Assembly: GCA_041690135.1 (NCBI GenBank) | Contig: JAWLHY010000009.1 | Coordinates: forward strand, 288,001 to 352,000 | Direction of reading: 5' to 3' | DNA: 64,000 bases | DNA from: Armatimonadota bacterium | GTDB taxonomy: Bacteria > Armatimonadota > SYMT01 | Shown here: positions 58,092 through 64,000 of the stretch, piece by piece | Position numbering within the stretch: the stretch's first letter is position 1 | Layout of the letters: the number at the start of each line of letters is the position of its first letter | Position numbers and translations under genes: made by a program | Notes under the pieces: generated by a model | Database searches by the model: none | What the model saw: only the letters and a program-made list of their open reading frames with translations | Told to the model about the DNA's origin: nothing

Positions 58092-58238
58092 GAATACCCC
58101 CTCGGACCGGAATCACCCTCGAACTCCGGGACCCGTTACCATTCACTCCCCCCGCCCCGCCCTCCTTCGAAGGACCGCGGATAAACTACCTCGAACTGAC
58201 TCACTGTTCACCAAGCACACAACCGAAGGAACGAAGCA

Positions 58239-58724
58239 ATGAATGAACCGGTCATCCGCCGCGCCACCAGCGAAGACGGCGGCATTCTGATCGATCTGAT
58301 CTGCGCGCTGGCCGATTACGAGCAACTCGCCCCGCCCGACCAGGGGGCCCGGCGGCGGCTCCTGGAGCACGGGTTCGGTCCGCAGCCCCGCTTCGAGACC
58401 TATCTCATCGAGCTCGACGGCGCTCCGGTGGGTTACGCGATCTGTTTCGAGACGTACTCCACCTTCCTCGCCCGCCCGACCCTCTACCTCGAAGACCTGT
58501 TCGTCCTGCCCTCCGCCCGACGCCGGGGCGCCGGCACGGCGATGCTCCGTTTCCTGGCGCGGGAAGCGGTCGCCCGCGGCTGCGGTCGAATGGAGTGGTC
58601 TGTGCTCGACTGGAACGAGCTGGCCCAGGGAGTCTACCGAAAGATCGGCGCCGCCATTCTCGATGAGTGGCGCTTCTGCCGCCTCACCGGCGACGCTCTC
58701 GCGAACTTCGCCGCCGGAGAGTAA
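58239..58724 (+). CDS. GNAT N-acetyltransferase (diamine acetyltransferase-like)
   Basis: LADYEQL, YSTFLA, LYLEDLFVLPSARRRGAG, and WSVLDWN. Confidence 0.92.
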   Translation: MNEPVIRRATSEDGGILIDLICALADYEQLAPPDQGARRRLLEHGFGPQPRFETYLIELDGAPVGYAICFETYSTFLARPTLYLEDLFVLPSARRRGAGTAMLRFLAREAVARGCGRMEWSVLDWNELAQGVYRKIGAAILDEWRFCRLTGDALANFAAGE

Positions 58725-58766
58725 GTCTCTCACCGCACTACGACCAAGCCGCGATGGAGTCCAGGG

Positions 58767-59543
58767 ATGCGCATCGAATACGCACATAACTCAGCATCCG
58801 GCGATCCATCTGGCCGGCGGAACCTGACCGAACGGCTCGATGGGGAATTGGATGCTCTGCTCCGGCGACTCCGCAATGGATCCAAATCGGAGCGGATCGC
58901 GGTGGCAGAGGAGCTTGGCAGGTGGGGTGGTTCGCGGGCCGTCAATCCTCTTTGCGAACTGCTCCGGGAGCCGGACGATGATCTCCGGGTCGCCGCTGCT
59001 GAAGCCCTGGGGGGTATCGGTTGTGAGCGAGCCATCCCGCACCTCGTTACCGCTCTACAAACTCGATGCGTAGGTGGCTCAGGATATCAGCAGAAGAAGG
59101 CCGGGCGCATCGCGCTTGTGTGGATAGTTCTAGCTTTTTTCGGTTCAGCGATGCTCGCTGCATACCTTCGATTGCCCATCGGAGGATTTGCGGGTGTAGT
59201 CATCGTTCCGCTCCTCACCGGCTGGAATACACTCCGACAAACGCGTGGGAGAGTGTTCCGTGCCATCACCTCCGCTTTGGAGCGCATTCTGGAGGCAAAC
59301 CCCACGCCCGAGGTGCGCTCAGTATTGCCTGAGTTGGAGGCGCTCTCCTCGGACCGGATCCAGCAGGACGCGGAAACTCGCCGAGTACTCTCCGCCGCGC
59401 GAGAACACATCGACACTCTCACCGCGCATTTCAAGAGCCTGCCCCTGACCTCCGCACCGCCAGCACCGGAGGCGGCTACTTTACCCGTGCCCGCGCAGGA
59501 TGCCGCGCCGGAAGCATTCAACCTGCCGCGCGCGTCAGGCTGA
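58767..59543 (+). CDS. HEAT-repeat / two-TM membrane protein, paralog 1
   Basis: PLCELLREPDDDLRVAAAEALGGIG, hydrophobic hairpin, PTPEVR...DRIQQ, triple LP tail. Confidence 0.82.
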   Translation: MRIEYAHNSASGDPSGRRNLTERLDGELDALLRRLRNGSKSERIAVAEELGRWGGSRAVNPLCELLREPDDDLRVAAAEALGGIGCERAIPHLVTALQTRCVGGSGYQQKKAGRIALVWIVLAFFGSAMLAAYLRLPIGGFAGVVIVPLLTGWNTLRQTRGRVFRAITSALERILEANPTPEVRSVLPELEALSSDRIQQDAETRRVLSAAREHIDTLTAHFKSLPLTSAPPAPEAATLPVPAQDAAPEAFNLPRASG

Positions 59544-59599
59544 GGGCTTCCGTACCCGGCAGGGTTTGTGTGTCGTTAGAACCGTGGGAGTTCGCTGGG

Positions 59600-60379
59600 A
59601 TGACCACGCCACTCAAGTCTCAAGATGCACTCGATCAGGATCAATTGATCCGCGACCTTCTGGCCGCAGGTCGGAGGCAGGCCTATCTGCGGGAGGTGGA
59701 CGCGCTAACAGCGGGGAGCCGGGGAGAGAAGAGGGACGCTGCTAACGCGTTGGTTCAGTACGGCGAGGCGGCCCTCGAACCCCTGTGCGGCGCGCTGATG
59801 GATCCGGACAACCGCGTCAAGGTTGCCGCCGCGCGAGCCCTGGCCGAATTGGGGGATCCCCGCGCCATCCCGGCATTGGCGGCCGCGCTTCGGGAAGGGT
59901 TGTCCGGAGGAACGGCTCGTTCTCACATTCTGGCAGCCGGGAAAGCTGTGCTTCGCGCTTACTCGGTAATGGTAGCGGGCGGTGTTGTGTCGATCCTGTT
60001 GGACATGCCACTAATTCAATGCTTGGTGCTCTATCCACCCTTCATAGTCACCTGGAATTGGTTCGTCGAACGGCGGGACCGGAGTTTGGTCAACCAGGCG
60101 ATTGTGGAAGCAACAGTTGCTCTCGGCGAGGCAAGTCCGACGCCCGAACTCCGGAAACTCTTGCCCGACCTGAGAACGCTCGCACTGGATCGCATTCAAC
60201 AAGAGGGCACGGCCCGGCAGGCGTTTACCAAGGCCGCAGACCGGATCGACACCCTCACTGCCAACCTGAAGAGTCTTCCGGTGGTCTCCGAACCGCCCGC
60301 TTCGGAGCCTTCGACCCTACCGGTTGCCGTACTGGGCGGCCCACCGAAAGGGACCGACCTCCCACGTGCCTCCTTGTGA
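59600..60379 (+). CDS. HEAT-repeat / two-TM membrane protein, paralog 2
   Basis: PLCGALMDPDNRVKVAAARALAELGDPRAIP, PTPELR...DRIQQ, triple LP tail. Confidence 0.82.
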   Translation: MTTPLKSQDALDQDQLIRDLLAAGRRQAYLREVDALTAGSRGEKRDAANALVQYGEAALEPLCGALMDPDNRVKVAAARALAELGDPRAIPALAAALREGLSGGTARSHILAAGKAVLRAYSVMVAGGVVSILLDMPLIQCLVLYPPFIVTWNWFVERRDRSLVNQAIVEATVALGEASPTPELRKLLPDLRTLALDRIQQEGTARQAFTKAADRIDTLTANLKSLPVVSEPPASEPSTLPVAVLGGPPKGTDLPRASL

Positions 60380-60434
60380 CAGTGCTCTTGATGACCCCCT
60401 CAACCCGTGATCAGGCCCGAGAATGCTGAAGCCT

Positions 60435-61244
60435 ATGACCACGACTCTCAAGTCACAGGAAGCGGCTGAGAGACCCCAGGTGCTCGAAGGATCCCCGTCA
60501 GGAGCATTGGAGCGGGAAAATCTCCGCGACCTGGATGCGCTAAAAGGTGGTAACCGGCGGGAAAGGTGCGAAGCTGCTGCGTCCCTGCCACAATACGGCG
60601 GCGAAGCCTTCGAGCCACTCTGTGCTGTGCTGGCCGACCCGGATGACCATCTGAAGATTGCAGCCGCAAATGCGCTCGCCGCGCTAGGAGACCCGCGCGC
60701 CATCCCCGCGATCACGAAAGCCCTGCGGGATGGTTTGGTGGGTGGAAACGCACGCGAGCACATGCTGAATGCGCGCTTCACCTTGGGTTTGGCACTTGGG
60801 GGAACGCTGTTGTTGGTCATCCTTCTGGACCTTCCGCAGCCTTTGTTCCAGGTGCTTGCAATGCAGCCATTGATCTGGTGGAGCCATTGGCAGCGAGGTC
60901 GGCATGCCAGGAGCCGGGTCCACGAAGTGTTCGCAGACGCAATTGTTACCCTGGGTGAGGTGAGGCCGACCCTGGAGCTTCGGGAGTTGTTGTCCGATTT
61001 CCGCACCCTGGCGGCAGATAGGTTGCAGCAGGCGCCCGAAGCCCGGCAGGCATTCACCGAGGCGGCTGAACGGATCGATCTCCTCACGCGCGACTTGAAG
61101 GTGCTTCCTATTGCCGCAACCGGCCCGCCATTGGATAGGGACTCACTTCCCCGCCCGGCGAAGGCTCCCGCTTCCAGCGCCGAGAATCTCCCCGTGGTAG
61201 AGAGTGCGCCCGGAACCCTCGGGTTAAAACCCGAGGCTGACTGA
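60435..61244 (+). CDS. HEAT-repeat / two-TM membrane protein, paralog 3
   Basis: Start MTTTLKSQ matches paralog 2 MTTPLKSQ. AAANALAALGDPRAIP and PTLELR...DRLQQ. Confidence 0.82.
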   Translation: MTTTLKSQEAAERPQVLEGSPSGALERENLRDLDALKGGNRRERCEAAASLPQYGGEAFEPLCAVLADPDDHLKIAAANALAALGDPRAIPAITKALRDGLVGGNAREHMLNARFTLGLALGGTLLLVILLDLPQPLFQVLAMQPLIWWSHWQRGRHARSRVHEVFADAIVTLGEVRPTLELRELLSDFRTLAADRLQQAPEARQAFTEAAERIDLLTRDLKVLPIAATGPPLDRDSLPRPAKAPASSAENLPVVESAPGTLGLKPEAD

Positions 61245-61362
61245 CCGAAGTCGCCACCCAGGGGGTACCCGGCGCGGACTCGGGTGATGCAAGGACTGCG
61301 TTCCTATTGTTCCAAGGTCATCAGCCCCCTTTCGCAGAATGCTGGAGGCGTGCGTGCGCGAA

Positions 61363-62184
61363 ATGAGCGGACAAGTGCGGATTTTGCAGCACTCAGAAGC
61401 TGATCAAGAGCTCGCTGGAAGGTCCGGTGATGCAACCAGCGCTGAAGAGTTGAATAACCTGGCCCGGCAACTCAATGAGGGTGACTCCACCGCAAGAGTA
61501 GAGGCGGCGAGACATCTCCAACGGTACGGTTCGGAAGCGGTTCCGGCCCTCTGCGAAGCGCTGGAACATGGGGACCCGGAACTTCGGCTGGCGGTGGTGG
61601 AGAGCCTGGGAGCGGTCGGGGACACACGGGCGGTGCGTCCGCTGCTGGAGGCGCTGCACCGGTGCCATCGCAAGGTGGGAGCGGACCAGCGGCGGATGGT
61701 TTTCTTCCTTGCGCTGGCCGCCCTGGGCGGGATGGGGGCGGCCTATTGGATCGGAATTGGCAGCTTTGCGGCCAGCCCTCTGCTGGTAGCCCTGGCCGGC
61801 TGCGGCTCCTCCCTCGATGGGTACCGCCGGCGAAGCAGTCCGCTCAACTGTCGGATTGCGGAGGCCCTAGCGCGCATCGCCGAGCGGTACCCGAACGCCG
61901 CGTTACGGGAGGTGATTCGGGAACTAGAAGAGGTGGGCTCCAGCTTTGTTCTGCAAGACTCATCGGCACGAGACGCAATTCTGGGAACTGCCCAACGAAT
62001 CGACGCTCTCACCCATACGGTGAAGGACCTTCCGCGCGCCGCAGAGCGTGGCGGCGTTGCTGCAGCAAACCTGCCGCGGGTCGAAGCGGATGGCGCCAGC
62101 GGTCATCGGGACTGGCCGGTGCCTCTGGGTGCGGACGCAGAGTTTTCGGAGTGCGCCGATACGCATGCACCGGATCCAGCTTGA
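61363..62184 (+). CDS. HEAT-repeat / two-TM membrane protein, paralog 4
   Basis: ALCEALEHGDPELRLAVVESLGAVGDTRAV and QRIDALT...KDLP. Confidence 0.8.
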   Translation: MSGQVRILQHSEADQELAGRSGDATSAEELNNLARQLNEGDSTARVEAARHLQRYGSEAVPALCEALEHGDPELRLAVVESLGAVGDTRAVRPLLEALHRCHRKVGADQRRMVFFLALAALGGMGAAYWIGIGSFAASPLLVALAGCGSSLDGYRRRSSPLNCRIAEALARIAERYPNAALREVIRELEEVGSSFVLQDSSARDAILGTAQRIDALTHTVKDLPRAAERGGVAAANLPRVEADGASGHRDWPVPLGADAEFSECADTHAPDPA

Positions 62185-62244
62185 TCTCTCGAAGGAACGG
62201 ACGCAAGCCCTGTAGATGGCGGCGGAACAGGAGCAGGCGCGGCG

Positions 62245-63069
62245 ATGAACGTGGGTCACTTGATCGCATCGCAACCAGCCGAAACTCGAGGCCGCTACCC
62301 GCTGAGTGAACGCTTCGACGCGGAGTTCGAGGCCGAGGTCCGGCGTCTTCAGTCGGAATCTGAAGCAGAACGTGTAGCCGCGGCAAAAGCGCTTGGCCGG
62401 TGCGGTGGCAGGGCGGTGGAGCCGCTCTGCCAGGCCATGTCGGACCCGGTTGAAGCGGCCCGGATCGCATCGGCGGAGGCGCTCGGAGCCGTGGGAGATG
62501 CCCGAGCCGTTGGCGTGCTAGGGGACGCCCTCCGAGCCTGTTTTGTCAGTTCGTCCCCTCGTTGGCAGCTAATTGCGGGAGCGCTGGTGATCTTAGGGGC
62601 GGCTTTGGCGTTCGTCAGTCTGGGCTGGATCGCGTTGCTCCTGAAGTGGTCGAGTGTCGGCTGGTTGATTTTCCAGATCTCCGTGTCGCCGGCTCGTGCC
62701 TGGTTCGCCAAACGGCGAGCGCGGAGCAAAGAAGCCAATGCCATTGCTCGTGCGCTCGTCAACATCGCGGAGCGGGACCCCGCCCCCGAAGTACGGGCGG
62801 TCCTCCCCGACCTTCAGGTCATTTCCGTGGACCTGTTGCATCAGGAAGGGTCCACCCGCAAAGCGACCCGGTCTGCGGCGAGGCGAATCGAGAGGCTCAC
62901 TGCCCAGTTGAAGAGTCTTCCGGTTCCCTCTGCCCCGTCAGCGCAGGGTGACGAGTTGGCTTCTGCCTCCTTTCCCCTGCCCAGCCATGCCGAGCCACCT
63001 GACGTGGCGACTCTTCCCATGGTCTCTGGGAGCAAACTGCAGAAGGGCCAGGGGGAAGACGGGGTCTGA
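62245..63069 (+). CDS. HEAT-repeat / two-TM membrane protein, paralog 5
   Basis: PLCQAMSDP...AEALGAVGDARAV, PAPEVRAVLPDL, and RIERLTAQLKSLP. Confidence 0.82.
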   Translation: MNVGHLIASQPAETRGRYPLSERFDAEFEAEVRRLQSESEAERVAAAKALGRCGGRAVEPLCQAMSDPVEAARIASAEALGAVGDARAVGVLGDALRACFVSSSPRWQLIAGALVILGAALAFVSLGWIALLLKWSSVGWLIFQISVSPARAWFAKRRARSKEANAIARALVNIAERDPAPEVRAVLPDLQVISVDLLHQEGSTRKATRSAARRIERLTAQLKSLPVPSAPSAQGDELASASFPLPSHAEPPDVATLPMVSGSKLQKGQGEDGV

Positions 63070-63106
63070 TGCAGTGCGGTTCAGTTTTCGAAGGGAGCCA
63101 GTCCCC

Positions 63107-63155
63107 TAGCCCCGGAGGGGCGGAAAGATAATAGCCGGGGGTGCAAGCCCCCGGT
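63107..63155. repeat. REP-like double hairpin (single copy in window)
   Basis: GCCCC-GGA-GGGGC and CCGGGGG-TGCAAG-CCCCCGG, with a partial AGCCCCGG again at 63175. Confidence 0.5.
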
Positions 63156-63288
63156 CTTGCCGCCGGTGCGAAAGAGCCCCGGCGCTTGCGTCCGTAGGGA
63201 AGGGGTGGCAGAGTATCGCGCTGCGAGGAGAACTGAACCGCCCGAGGGATCTGACGGGCGGAAAGGGTCCTCTCGGAGGTGACCTCGG

Positions 63289-64000
63289 ATGGAACAAGAG
63301 CTTGCTCGGATCGTCCGCCAGTTCAGCGACCACCGTCGGGAGCGGCGGATAGAGGCGGTGCGGCTACTGGGGGCGCACTGGCCTGCCTCACTGCCTTACC
63401 TGCGGAAGGCACTGCAAGGGACCGACGACCCGATGCGGCTGGCGGCGGCTGAGGTTCTCGGATCCGTGGGGGATGATCGCGCCATTGAGCCGCTGCTGAA
63501 CGCTCTCAAGAGCAACTGCCTCGCTCGATCCGCGCAGAGACAGCGGGTGTTGGGCCTGCTTTTACTCGTTGCCACCCTCGGCATAATTGCCGGTGGCGTG
63601 GTGTGGGGAATAACGGCACTCAAGTATGGGGGATTCGCCACTATCCCCTTTCACTTGATTAGCGGCCTCGCCCGGTACTACGATAGCCGGAAGAAGCGGA
63701 GCGCTCTCAACGGCGCTATCGTAGCGGCCCTGGCGGAGATTGCCTCGCGGCACCCCACGCCGGAGATTCGCCGGGTCCTGCCCGAACTCCACGCTCTGTC
63801 CGCGGATGCGCTCCAGCAGAAAGCGAGCTTTCGGGCTACCACCCGGGAGGCCGCCACCCGGATCGAAGCCCTCACCGCGGCGCAGCAGGGATTGCCCCTC
63901 CCCGCTGCTGTCCCAGCGGTCGACGCCGGCGCAGAACCTCAAACTCTCCCGCTGCCTGCGCATAACCAGGAACTGCAAGAGGCCACCCTCCCCCGGACTG
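63289..64000 (+). CDS. HEAT-repeat / two-TM membrane protein, paralog 6 (runs off the window end)
   Basis: Manual translation: MEQELARIVRQF...MRLAAAEVLGSVGDDRAIEPLLNAL...PTPEIRRVLPEL...DALQQ...RIEALT...GLPLP...TLPLP...TLPR. GGAGGT RBS upstream. No stop codon inside the window. Confidence 0.82.
   Translation, partial: MEQELARIVRQFSDHRRERRIEAVRLLGAHWPASLPYLRKALQGTDDPMRLAAAEVLGSVGDDRAIEPLLNALKSNCLARSAQRQRVLGLLLLVATLGIIAGGVVWGITALKYGGFATIPFHLISGLARYYDSRKKRSALNGAIVAALAEIASRHPTPEIRRVLPELHALSADALQQKASFRATTREAATRIEALTAAQQGLPLPAAVPAVDAGAEPQTLPLPAHNQELQEATLPRT

Noticed and set aside
63205-63288. In-frame GTG extension of paralog 6 interrupted by TGA (readthrough or pseudogene)
   Set aside because: The TGA overlaps a strong GGAGGT RBS for ATG 63289, and similarity to the other N-termini is weak.

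Overview
GC-rich bacterial window, most consistent with Armatimonadota: it has a DUF1559 prepilin-like gene with the [11 protein letters not shown]...MYVQDYDE signature, PEP-CTERM, and HEAT-TM families, plus a Planctomycete-like set of DUF1549/DUF1553-DUF1501 pairs. I found no rRNA, tRNA, CRISPR array or transposase. Most genes encode exported or periplasmic enzymes. Four things stand out. (1) At the left edge, a lasso-peptide locus (cyclase 3' part, precursor with predicted core GGNGAFSDAPLAGTRAF, PqqD/RRE) is split by 6.8 kb of co-oriented surface-protein genes. (2) At the right edge, at least six tandem paralogous HEAT/two-TM membrane proteins carry a thrice-repeated LP tail motif; the sixth is missing from the ORF track. 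(3) A heptamer-repeat cassette (GGGTTCGGATTACGCAATACGCAATACG) is translated in frame at the same site of two divergent DUF1553 paralogs and absent from the third. (4) There are several families of dispersed REP-like and short-tandem-repeat elements, one showing base-pair covariation. All calls come from motif reading by eye, and several start codons are judgement calls.
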